From contig OZ244720.1 in assembly GCA_965219085.1 (NCBI GenBank), forward strand, positions 2,848,001 through 2,912,000: a DNA stretch of 64,000 nt. Reading direction: 5' to 3'. This document shows positions 1 to 8,893 of this stretch, piece after piece. A program made the translations under genes and the position numbers. Position 1 is the stretch's first letter. The number at the start of each line of letters is the position of its first letter. The notes below the pieces were generated by a model. It saw only the letters and a program-made list of their open reading frames with translations, had not been told where the DNA came from and made no database searches. Source of the stretch: Dehalococcoidia bacterium (GTDB taxonomy: Bacteria; Chloroflexota; Dehalococcoidia; UBA2979).

Positions 1-590
1 TGGGGGACTCGGCGGTACCCGCCGTGCGGCTGCGTGCTGAGCGGCCGAACCACGTCTGGGCGCTGGACTTCCAGTTCGACCAGACCGCGGACGGGCGGGT
101 CCTGAAGCTGCTCAACATCGTCGACGAGCACACACGGGAGGCGCTGGCGGTGGTGGCCGCCAGGCGCATCAACGCCGACGCCACCGCCGCCACGCTCGAC
201 CGGATCGTCGCCTGGCGCGGAACGGCGCCGGGGTACATCCGCTGCGACAACGGGCCCGAGCTCACGGCCAACGCCTTGCGCGACTGGTGCCGGTTCAGCG
301 GCACCGGCAGCAGCTACATCGAGCCTGGCGCGCCGTGGGAGAACCCGTACGTGGAGTCGTTCAACGGCCGGCTGCGCGACGAGTTCCTGGCCGTCGAGCA
401 GTTCGACAGCCTGCTTGAGGCGCAGGTGCTGCTCGAGGACTGGCGGATCGAGTACAACACGAAGCGCCCGCATAGATGGCATGAGGGCCGGTCCCCTCCT
501 CACAGCGGATACTCGTCTCCGCCGGGAGCACGGCCTCGATGGGCTAGGTAGCGGCTCGGCAAGGAGCCTGAGAGAGGTAGGAGACCGGCC

Positions 591-1676
591 ATGCGGCAGG
601 ATATCGCAACGATGCGCATCGACGACAGGGATGGGGCCGCCGTCATCGTCGGCCTCGACGTGGGCGATCGTTACACGCACGTCCACGCGCTCGGCGCCGG
701 CGGAGAGGCGGTGCGCGAACGGCGCGTCCGCACCACGGCGGCGTCGCTGACTACAGCGCTGGCCAGCCTGCCTCCAGCGCGGGTCGTGCTCGAGGCGGGG
801 CCGCGCTCGCCGTGGCTAAGCCGCCTCGTGGCGGACCTCGGCCACGAGGCGGTCGTCGCCAACCCTCGCCAGGTGGCGCTGATCGCCCGCAGCCAGCGCA
901 AGACCGACCGGCTCGACGCCGCGTGGCTGGCGCGGCTGGGGCGCTTCGACCCGGAGCTGCTCGCCCCGATCCGCCACAGGAGCGAGCGAAGCCAGCACGA
1001 CCTCGCCGTGGTGCGCGCCCGCGACGCACTGGTGCGCACCAGGACGTTGCTCATCAACCACGTGCGTGGGGCCGTCAAGGCCTGCGGCGCCGCGCTGCCG
1101 TCGTGCACGGCCGAGGCCTTCCACCGCAAGATGGGGGACCACATCCCCGACGGGCTGCGCCCGGCGCTGCTGCCGCTGGTGGAAACGATCGGCGAGCTGA
1201 CCGCGCGCATCGCGGCAGCCGGCCGCGAGGTCGACGCGCTGTGCGAGGCTCACCCCGAGACCGCGGCGCTGCGCCAGGTCACCGGCGTGGGGCCGATCAC
1301 GGCGCTCACGTTCGTGCTGACGATCGAGGACCCCGGCCGCTTCCCGAAGAACCGGGAGGTGGGGGCCTACCTCGGGCTCGTGCCGCAGCAGCGGGAGTCT
1401 GGGGAGCGAGCGCCACAGCTCGGCATCAGCAAGAGCGGCGACGCGGGCCTGCGGCGGCTGCTCGTGCAGGCTGCGCACTACATCCTCGGCCCCTTCGGAC
1501 CCGATACCGACCTGCGCCGCTGGGGTGAGCGCTACGCCGCTACGGGGGCCGGCAACGCGAAGAAGCGCGCCGTCGTGGGCGTCGCGAGGCGGCTGGCGGT
1601 GCTGCTGCTCGCGCTGTGGAAGAGTGGCGAGGTCTACGAACCGCTACGTCACGCCGCAACCCGCGAGGCTGTGTAG
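591..1676 (+). CDS. IS110/IS1111-family DEDD transposase (bridge recombinase)
   Basis: RuvC-like motifs VGLDVG, LEAG and KTDRLDA; C-terminal GVGPITA and AYLGLVPQQRESG with the catalytic Ser; AG-rich RBS upstream. Confidence 0.95.
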   Translation: MRQDIATMRIDDRDGAAVIVGLDVGDRYTHVHALGAGGEAVRERRVRTTAASLTTALASLPPARVVLEAGPRSPWLSRLVADLGHEAVVANPRQVALIARSQRKTDRLDAAWLARLGRFDPELLAPIRHRSERSQHDLAVVRARDALVRTRTLLINHVRGAVKACGAALPSCTAEAFHRKMGDHIPDGLRPALLPLVETIGELTARIAAAGREVDALCEAHPETAALRQVTGVGPITALTFVLTIEDPGRFPKNREVGAYLGLVPQQRESGERAPQLGISKSGDAGLRRLLVQAAHYILGPFGPDTDLRRWGERYAATGAGNAKKRAVVGVARRLAVLLLALWKSGEVYEPLRHAATREAV

Positions 1677-2003
1677 GGGCGAGGCAGCGTAGCAGGCGGC
1701 GGGGAGCGGAGAGCAGGAAGGAAGAATCCGAGCGCGAACGAAGCCTTGCACGTGATGCCGAACACGGGCGACTGCGACAGGCTGCTTGTCCCACCGAGGA
1801 CGCCGCATAGCTGGCAGCGCCCCCTGGAAGCAGGATGTGCCTTCATGCACCGGACCCGACGCGCGGTCCATCGAGAGTGCGGATAGAAGCTCGGCACGGG
1901 CTCCGCCACCGGACATCACGAGTAGCTCGGCCCGGACCAGGAGAGGCGTCGTACCCGGAGGAGGCCGCCACGTCGGCCTTGCGGAAAGACCGTCCCTCAT
2001 AGA
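1677..2003 (+). ncRNA. Predicted bridge/seek RNA locus of the IS1111-type element
   Basis: CAGGCTGCT (1778-1786) is the reverse complement of the target right half AGCAGCCTG. CCGCATAG (1803-1810) equals the target left half plus core. They are separated by a GTCC/GGAC hairpin and closed by a GGGCG-CTGC/GCAG-CGCCC stem. RNA boundaries are inferred. Confidence 0.8.
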
Positions 2004-2738
2004 AGGCAGCGTAGCAGGCGGCGGGGAGCGGAGAGCAGGAAGGAAGAATCCGAGCGCGAACGAAGCCTTGCACGTGATGCCGAACACGGGCGACTGCGAC
2101 AGGCTGCTTGTCCCACCGAGGACGCCGCATAGCTGGCAGCGCCCCCTGGAAGCAGGATGTGCCTTCATGCACCGGACCCGACGCGCGGTCCATCGAGAGT
2201 GCGGATAGAAGCTCGGCACGGGCTCCGCCACCGGACATCACGAGTAGCTCGGCCCGGACCAGGAGAGGCGTCGTACCCGGAGGAGGCCGCCACGTCGGCC
2301 TTGCGGAAAGACCGTCCCTCATAGAAGAAGCTCGGCACGGGCTCCGCCACCGGACATCACGAGTAGCTCGGCCCGGACCAGGAGAGGCGTCGTACCCGGA
2401 GGAGGCCGCCACGTCGGCCTTGCGGAAAGACCGTCCCTCATAGAAGCAGGATGTGCCTTCATGCACCGGACCCGACGCGCGGTCCATCGAGAGTGCGGAT
2501 AGAAGCTCGGCACGGGCTCCGCCACCGGACATCACGAGTAGCTCGGCCCGGACCAGGAGAGGCGTCGTACCCGGAGGAGGCCGCCACGTCGGCCTTGCGG
2601 AAAGACCGTCCCTCATAGAAGAAGCTCGGCACGGGCTCCGCCACCGGACATCACGAGTAGCTCGGCCCGGACCAGGAGAGGCGTCGTACCCGGAGGAGGC
2701 CGCCACGTCGGCCTTGCGGAAAGACCGTCCCTCATAGA
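1682..2738 (+). repeat. Tandem array of five IS right ends: 1682-2003, 2004-2325 (322 bp), 2326-2444 (119 bp), 2445-2619 (175 bp), 2620-2738 (119 bp)
   Basis: Every unit ends GGAAAGACCGTCCCTCATAGA. The next unit starts at an internal AG of the non-coding region (equivalent to 1682, 1885, 1829, 1885). Confidence 0.95.
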
Positions 2739-2839
2739 AGCAGCCTGGGCTGGCTCGCCCCGGCTGCCTACGCCGAGCGCTGGGAGACTCAGCTACACGC
2801 TGGACTCTCATAAGCGGTGGACTCGCGAAGGGGGTCCGG

Positions 2840-3969
2840 TCACCCCGCGTAATCCGCGAGCCACTCAGCGGCGATGAATCCCAATGCATACGTCAGCCAG
2901 AAGTGGCTTCGGTCGAAGTCGTGCACTTCACCGGGAGTTCTGGTGAGTTGTTCGACGGCGAAGCTGGGATTGCGGGCTCTACGCCCGACCTCCAGATCGT
3001 ACACATATTGGGCGTAGTCGGCAGTGCCCTCGCTCATCCAATCGGGACCGAAGTACAACTCGTCCGTTTCCATGGCGAGGACGTTCTGGAGGACGTGAAA
3101 GTACTCGTGTGCTACTGCACTCGCGCTGCAGCCGGGGAACTGGAACTCGATGACATCGTGCGAAACCGTGCAGTAGAACGTGTTGCCGGCGTCGACGTCG
3201 ACCGTGTAGTCGGTGGTGTGTACGCCGAAGCGCATCGCGACCACGTCGGTGGCGCTCTCGAACAGCGCCCGGACCTCGTCGCGCTGCTCAGCCGTGATGT
3301 CGTCGGCGAAGACGAACGTTGGCCGCGCCGTCCCGCGTTCCCACCACCGTGCGTCTCTCGACAGTTCGAGCCGCAGCGCCTGCCCGCGGGCGAGCGTCGT
3401 GAGCCCGACGTCGTCCGCGTCCGCACCGTAGTGCACGTACCGTTGCGTCTCGGCCTCCCACCTCGACGCCTCCACGGGCTCGTCGCCAAAACGGGCGAGG
3501 GCATCCGCGACAGGCGTGCCGTCCGCGCCCGTCCAGCCCATGAGGTTCCACCCGGCGCGGAGGGAGATCACGACGCCCTCGCCGGAGACGAGGCGGGTCC
3601 ACTCGACGGTCGAGTCGCCGTCGAGAAGCAGCCACGGCCCCATCCCCCCGTGAGCGTCGGCAGGTCGCTGTACCGGCGTCGCAGGGCGTGCTGGTAGGCC
3701 TGCTCCTCGGCGTCCCACGCCGAGACCTGCCGCAGCGCCGGGATCGCGTCGAACAGCTCCGAGGTGGAGGTGCTCGGCCCGACCCAGCCGACCATGTTCC
3801 AGCCGGGATACAGCACGGCGGTGATCGTGTCCGCCTCGGATGTTCCCGCCGGGTCGGACGAGGCGACAGCGTGCGCGGGCGCCACTCCGACACCGAGCAC
3901 GAGGAGCGCGAGCGCCGCGAGGAGCGCGCGCCGGAGGTGTGCGGGCGGGAGCGGGCTCGATGCGGTCAT
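2840..3969 (-). pseudogene. Secreted zinc-metallopeptidase-like paralogue 4 (HEYFH motif), frameshifted near 3645 and truncated by the IS3 end
   Basis: Signal peptide and YPGWNMVGW domain in the 3568-3969 frame continue in the 2840-3718 frame with HEYFH...WMSEGTADY. The stop is supplied by the IS3 terminus right after WLADYAG. Confidence 0.75.
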
Positions 3970-5216
3970 GGCGCCTCCAGCGTCTCGCGGTACGCCTCGA
4001 ACTGCTCGTAGAACTCCTCGAACGTCAGGCCGAACGCGCCCTCGAACGCCTCGTCGCGACTCCGCGCCTCGGGCAGGCGGCGGTAGTAGTCGAAGATGGC
4101 CGGGTCACCGGCGTGGTCGGCGAGCCACTCGACAGCGAGGAAGCCGAGTCCATGCACGGCACGCCGCGTGACCCCGCCTGGGTTCGCGTCTCGCTCCAGC
4201 TCCCGGAGGGGAACGGCCGTGTGCGCCGCTCCCACGACCTGGCCGTCACGGTACCGCAGTGCATCCTCGGAGCCGAGCGCGTGGCGGGCCTGGGCGAGCA
4301 CGTAGATCTCGGATCCGGCGTCGAGCCACTCGGGGAGGCTCGGGTGCCACGGGTCGGTGTTCACAGGCACGAGGCCCCTGAAGTACAGCCGGGCGAGTTG
4401 GTCTAGCGAGAACTGCTCGACGCACCGGGAGCAGACGTAGATCTGCACGCCGCTGCCGAGGACGGCAAAGCGCTCGGCTAAGAAGCCGTCGAGCGCCCGG
4501 TACCTGTCGAGGAGGTCGTCGCGTAGCTGCTGCGGCAGGTCACCGTAGAACGAGATCGGCGGGGTCGAGACACCCACCTGCCACCAGCCGCGCGCCCTCG
4601 GCGTCTCGACCCAGATCGCATCGCCGCGATGCAGCCTGGACAGGGTGTCCGCACCGTCCAGCGTACCCGGTGCGTAATGCTCGAATCGCTGCGACCGGGC
4701 GTTCCACTGCGACGAGCGGTCGACGTCACTGCCCAGCCGCCCGAGGGCGCTATCCAGACGTGTCGTGTCCTCGCCCGCCGATGCCACGAGGTTCTGTCCT
4801 GCGTACGGCGGGAGCACCAGGGCTTCGTCCGACACCGCGCGCGTCCACTGGACGGTCGCGTCGCCGCGCAGGCGCAGCCAGAGGCCCATGCCGCGTTCAA
4901 CCGTCGGCAGTTCGCCGTCCCCGTATCGCCCGGCGTGCCGGTAGCGTCCGTGGTTCGCGTCCCACGCCGAGACCTGCTGGAGGGTTCGGATCGCGTCGAA
5001 CAGCTCCGAGACCGGGCTGTCCGGCGCGACCCAACCCACCATGTTCCAGCCGGGGTACAGCGTCGACGTGATCGTTTCTTCTGCCGGCTCGCCCGAGGTC
5101 GGCGCGGCGTTGGCGCGGTCGGGAGACAGCCCCATGCCCACCACGGCGAGCACTACGAAGCCGGCGAGGAGCGCGTGGCGCAGACGGGGAGCCATCGGTA
5201 CGCGGCGTCGCGTCAC
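3966..5216 (-). CDS. Secreted paralogue 3 (YPGWNMVGW domain, degenerate peptidase-like C-terminus)
   Basis: Open frame with signal peptide. GTG start overlaps the upstream paralogue's stop (GTGA); alternative ATG at 5195. Conserved C-terminus LGFLAVEWLADHAGDPA...FEAYRETLEAP. Confidence 0.8.
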   Translation of the reverse strand: MTRRRVPMAPRLRHALLAGFVVLAVVGMGLSPDRANAAPTSGEPAEETITSTLYPGWNMVGWVAPDSPVSELFDAIRTLQQVSAWDANHGRYRHAGRYGDGELPTVERGMGLWLRLRGDATVQWTRAVSDEALVLPPYAGQNLVASAGEDTTRLDSALGRLGSDVDRSSQWNARSQRFEHYAPGTLDGADTLSRLHRGDAIWVETPRARGWWQVGVSTPPISFYGDLPQQLRDDLLDRYRALDGFLAERFAVLGSGVQIYVCSRCVEQFSLDQLARLYFRGLVPVNTDPWHPSLPEWLDAGSEIYVLAQARHALGSEDALRYRDGQVVGAAHTAVPLRELERDANPGGVTRRAVHGLGFLAVEWLADHAGDPAIFDYYRRLPEARSRDEAFEGAFGLTFEEFYEQFEAYRETLEAP

Positions 5217-5308
5217 GGCAGCATCAGTCCCGCGCGGTGTTCCTCGAACTCCTCTTAAAACGCGTCGACGGCGATGCCGAAGGTGGCCTCGAATCGCTCT
5301 CGCCATAT

Positions 5309-6936
5309 TGTCGTTGAGCAGCGATTCGGTCAGTAGTTAACGGAGCAGCGATTCTGTCAGTCCCCAGCCAGCGAGCAGGGGGTGACAGTGCAGCAGTCCG
5401 AAGAAGCACGACGCTACGTACTCGACAGGGTGATGGCCGGAGATCTGCGAGCCTCTCAGGCCGCCGAGATCCTGAGCATCAGCGAGCGACACGCGTGGCG
5501 GCTCCTCGCCGCCTACCGCGCGCGCGGAGCCGCGGCGTTGGAGCACGGCAACCGCGGGCGCCGTCCGCACAACGCCGTCCCGGCCGACGTCGCCTCGGCC
5601 GTGGTGCGCTTCGCCACCACCCGCTACCCGGGAGCGAACCACACCCCACCTCGCCGAGTTGCTCTGGGAGCACGAGGGCCTGGACGTGAGCAGTTGGACC
5701 GTCCGCCGGATCCTGGCGCGGGCCGGCATCGCGAGTCCCCGCCGGCGCCGGCCGCCCGAGCACCGTGTCCGGCGTGAGCGGATGCCCCGCGAGGGGATGC
5801 TGCTCCAGGTCGACGGCAGCCACCACGCCTGGCTCGAGCAGCGCGGCCCGCGCTCCGCCCTGCTGCTCGCCGTTGACGATGCGACCGGCGCAGCCGTGCA
5901 CGCCCTCTTCCGCCCCGTCGAGGACGCGCGCGGCTACTTCCTGTTGCTGGAGGAGATCGTCCGGCGCTGCGGCATCCCGCTCGCCCTCTACAGCGACCGC
6001 CACGGCGTCTTCAAAGCCTCCTCCGACGGACGGCGGGGCCTGAAGGTCGCAACCCAATTCGCACGGGCGATGCGGGAACTCGGGATCACCCAGATCTTCG
6101 CCCGCTCACCGCAGGCCAAGGGCCGCGTGGAACGTGCCGCGGGGACGTTCCAGGACCGCCTGGTGACCGAACTCAGCGACGCCTCGGCCTCCACCATCGC
6201 CGAGGCCCAGACCGTGCTCGAGCGCTTTCTGCCGCGCTTCAACGCCCGCTTCCGGGTCCCGGCAGCCGAGCCCGCGGTGGCCTACCGCCCGCTCGACCCC
6301 GCGCTCCCGCTCGCCTCCATCCTCAGCTTCCGGCACCCCCGCAGCGTCGCCCGCGACAACACGGTCAAGTACCGCTGGCGCACGCTCCAGCTGCTGCCCG
6401 GGCCCGAGCGGACCAGCTACGCCGGGGCGCAGGTCGAGGTGGTGGAACGGCCGGGCGGCGAGCTCTCCGTCCTGCACCAGGGGGAGACGATCCCCTCGCG
6501 CGAGGCACCGCCGCGCGCCGGGGTGCTGAGGGCGGCGCGCTCCGAGCTGGCCCGGAACCCCGACCACGAGCGCATCGCCTCAGGGCTCGGTTCCGGAGGA
6601 GCACCCCGGCGACTCCCCGTGGCGCCCGCCGTCCTGGCGGCGGAGGGTGCGCCCAACGGGGCCGCCGTGAAGCCCGAGCCCGGGAGCAAGCAGCTCCGCC
6701 CACCCACGCCCCGACAGCTCGCCCGCTGGAAGGCCATCCAGCAGGCGCAGTTGCAGGGGCTCTCGATGCGGGCGACTGCCAGGCTGCTCGGTATCTCCCG
6801 TGTGACCGTCAGCAACTACGTCCGCGCCAACGGGGTGCCTGGACGCCGGAACGGCGCTACGGCACCCTCCGGCGGCCAGCGCGGTACTGACAAAGTCGCT
6901 GCTCCGTTGGACTGACAGAATCGCTGCACGTCGACA
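5309..6936 (+). mobile_element. IS1202/IS481-like (ISNCY) insertion sequence with 7-bp TSD GCCATAT
   Basis: TGT...ACA ends; TSD at 5302-5308 and 6937-6943; each end carries two copies of a GCAGCGA(T/C)T(C/T)(G/T)GTCAGT motif. Confidence 0.9.
5382..6915 (+). pseudogene. ISNCY/IS1202-like DDE transposase with one frameshift in a C run near 5645
   Basis: N-terminal HTH (5382 frame) joins the 5659-6915 frame (LLQVDGSHHAW, AVDDAT, YSDRHG, SPQAKGRVER). May be a real lesion or a homopolymer sequencing error. Confidence 0.8.
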
Positions 6937-8893
6937 GCCATATGTCCTCGCTCGGAATCGGGTCCTGGAAGTAGCGGAAGACGGTGGGCTCGCCCACGCG
7001 CTCGGCCAGCAGTTCCACGGCGAGCTCGCCGAGCCATTGCGGCACGGAGCCGGTCGTCCGGCTGGAGTCCTCACCGTCCTGCAACGAGCCTTGCTCGTAC
7101 TTCACCACCGCGATCAGGACGGCCTGGCGCCGGTCGCGGTCGAGGCGGCCTGCTGCGATGCGGTATTCGCGGGTCGCGTAGCGTTCGGCGCCGTGGAACA
7201 GCCATGGCGGGAAGGGCCCCGCGCCCGGCCACGACCCGTGGGCGCCCGTCAATGCCTGGGCGGCGAACGCATCCAGCCGCCACTCGCCGCATCGGTTCAG
7301 CGCGATGATGGTCTGAGCCTGCCAGAGCCGGTCGCCGCACCACGCATTGAACGAGTACGCCGGGAACGCCTCACGCACGGCATCCACGTCGGCGCCGGCA
7401 TAGATCGTGTACGCGGGCAGCTCGGCTTCGAACCGCTCGACGAAGAACGCGTGCACGTGCTCGAGTTCCGCCTCGACCTCCTCGCGCGCGTCGGCCGCAA
7501 CGTCGCCGAGGAACACGAGGGACGGCCCGCCGGCTTCGTCCTCAACCCGGTGGGCGTCGGGCGCGAAGTGTTCGGCGCGGTACGCCTCGAACGACACGTG
7601 GAAGTCGTCGATGCTCATGCCGAAGGCGGCTTCGAAGGAGCGGGTCCAGTCTGTGGACGTGCGCAACAGGCGGTGGTAGTGGGCGATGGCGTCGTCGCCC
7701 CGCCTCCCCGGTGAGCCATTCCACCGCGAGGAAGGCCAGGTCGCTCACTCCGTCGTCCCGCGTCTTGTCCTCATCGATTTGTCCTCATCGATCTCACGCA
7801 AGGCGAGCGCGCTACGCCGTGCTGCCCGCAGTGCTCGGGTGTTGGCGGAGTCCTCGACGCCTATCGCGGCGTGGTACAGCAGCTGAGCATACGAGGACAG
7901 GCCGAGCGTGAGCCACGCCGGGGGCCTTGCCGCCGTGCCAGCGGGGAAGGCGCCCAGCGCCTGTTTGGAGTAGATGTATGCGCGGAGGTACGGCTCCTTC
8001 TGCTCGTATGCCAGCCGTTCGCCGAGTGCGTTGGTGATCCCGCAACTGAGAACGACGATGGCGACCCCGTCGAAGCTGCGGCCGCAGACGTTCGTCTGCG
8101 GCTCCGAGTCAACACCGCCCGGTAAGCCAGCCGCCCGCCTGCGTCGTCGTTCGCGATGTAGTAGAAGGCGCCGCGCGCGATGCGCCCGAAGTACTCTGCG
8201 AAGAACGTCTCCGTGCCGTCGTACTGCGTGAGGATGGCGTCCTTCTTGCCGGTCGGTAAGTCGCCGAAGAATGCGACGGGTGGAGGCCGGGTCCCGGCTT
8301 GCCACCAGTTCCGCGCGCCCGGCGCCTCGACGCAGACCGCGTCGCCGCGCACGGGCGTGGCGTCGCCGGGGGTGTACCGCACGTAGCGCTGCCGAGAGGG
8401 TTCCCAGCGCAGAATCCTGGCGCCGGGACCATCGAGGCGGTCGACAGCCTCCGGGTCGGCTACCGCGACGAGGTTGATGCCCTCGGACAGCCGCAGGAGC
8501 ACGCTGTCCGGCTCGGCCGGGCGGGTCCATTCGACGGTCATGTCGCCGCGCAGGCGTAGCCAGAGCGCCGTGGCGGGCTTCACCGTAGGCAGTTCGTCGT
8601 AGCGGCGACGCACGGCGTGCTGGTAGGCCTGCGCCTCCGCGTCCCACGCGAGACCTGCCGCAGCGCCGGGATCGCGTCGAACAGCTCCGAGGTGGACTTG
8701 GTCGGCCCGACCCAGCCGACCATGTTCCAGCCGGGATACAGCACCGTCGTGATCGTGTCCGCCTCGGACGCTCCCGCCGCGCTGGACGCCGCGACGGCCT
8801 GCCCAGGCGTCACTTCGATGCCGAGCGCGAGCAGCACAAGCGCCGCGAGGAGTGCGCGCCGGAGGTGCGCGGGCGCGAGTGGGCTGGGCGTCA

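Larger units (their letters stand above)
474..2738 (+). mobile_element. IS110-family element, IS1111 type (sub-terminal inverted repeats, long downstream non-coding region), with amplified right end
   Basis: IRL ATGAGGGCCGGTC at 481-493 lies 7 nt from the left end. IRR GACCGTCCCTCAT lies 3 nt from each right end (first copy 1988-2000, last 2723-2735); the IRs match at 12/13. No TSD; an AG core is shared at the junctions. Confidence 0.93.
3..2813 (+). pseudogene. IS3-family transposase OrfB, split by the IS110 insertion between codons His (471-473) and Ser (2739-2741)
   Basis: Removing 474-2738 restores CGC CCG CAT AGC AGC CTG GGC = RPHSSLG, the conserved IS3 C-terminal motif. Confidence 0.9.
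1..2842 (+). mobile_element. IS3-family insertion sequence (3' part, runs off the window start), interrupted by an IS110/IS1111 element at 474-2738
   Basis: The rve/DDE core (WALDF, IRCDNGPE, ENPYVESFNGRLRDE, YNTKRPH) runs to 473 and resumes in frame at 2739 (SSLGWLAPAAYAERW...stop at 2811-2813). The element ends ...GGGGTCCGGTCA at 2842, an IS3-type CA terminus. Confidence 0.9.

Noticed and set aside
474-551. C-terminus RWHEGRSPP... of the 24-551 ORF
   Set aside because: It is read-through into the IS110 left end; the real IS3 tail is at 2739-2813.
1682-2738. CRISPR or multi-guide RNA array
   Set aside because: Units are nested copies of the same sequence with no unique spacers, the second guide loop appears identical to the first, and there are no cas genes.
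1644-2889. ORFs in the repeated right-end region (e.g. 1843-2889 minus, 1786-2208 plus)
   Set aside because: They are translations of repeated non-coding IS ends with no protein motifs.
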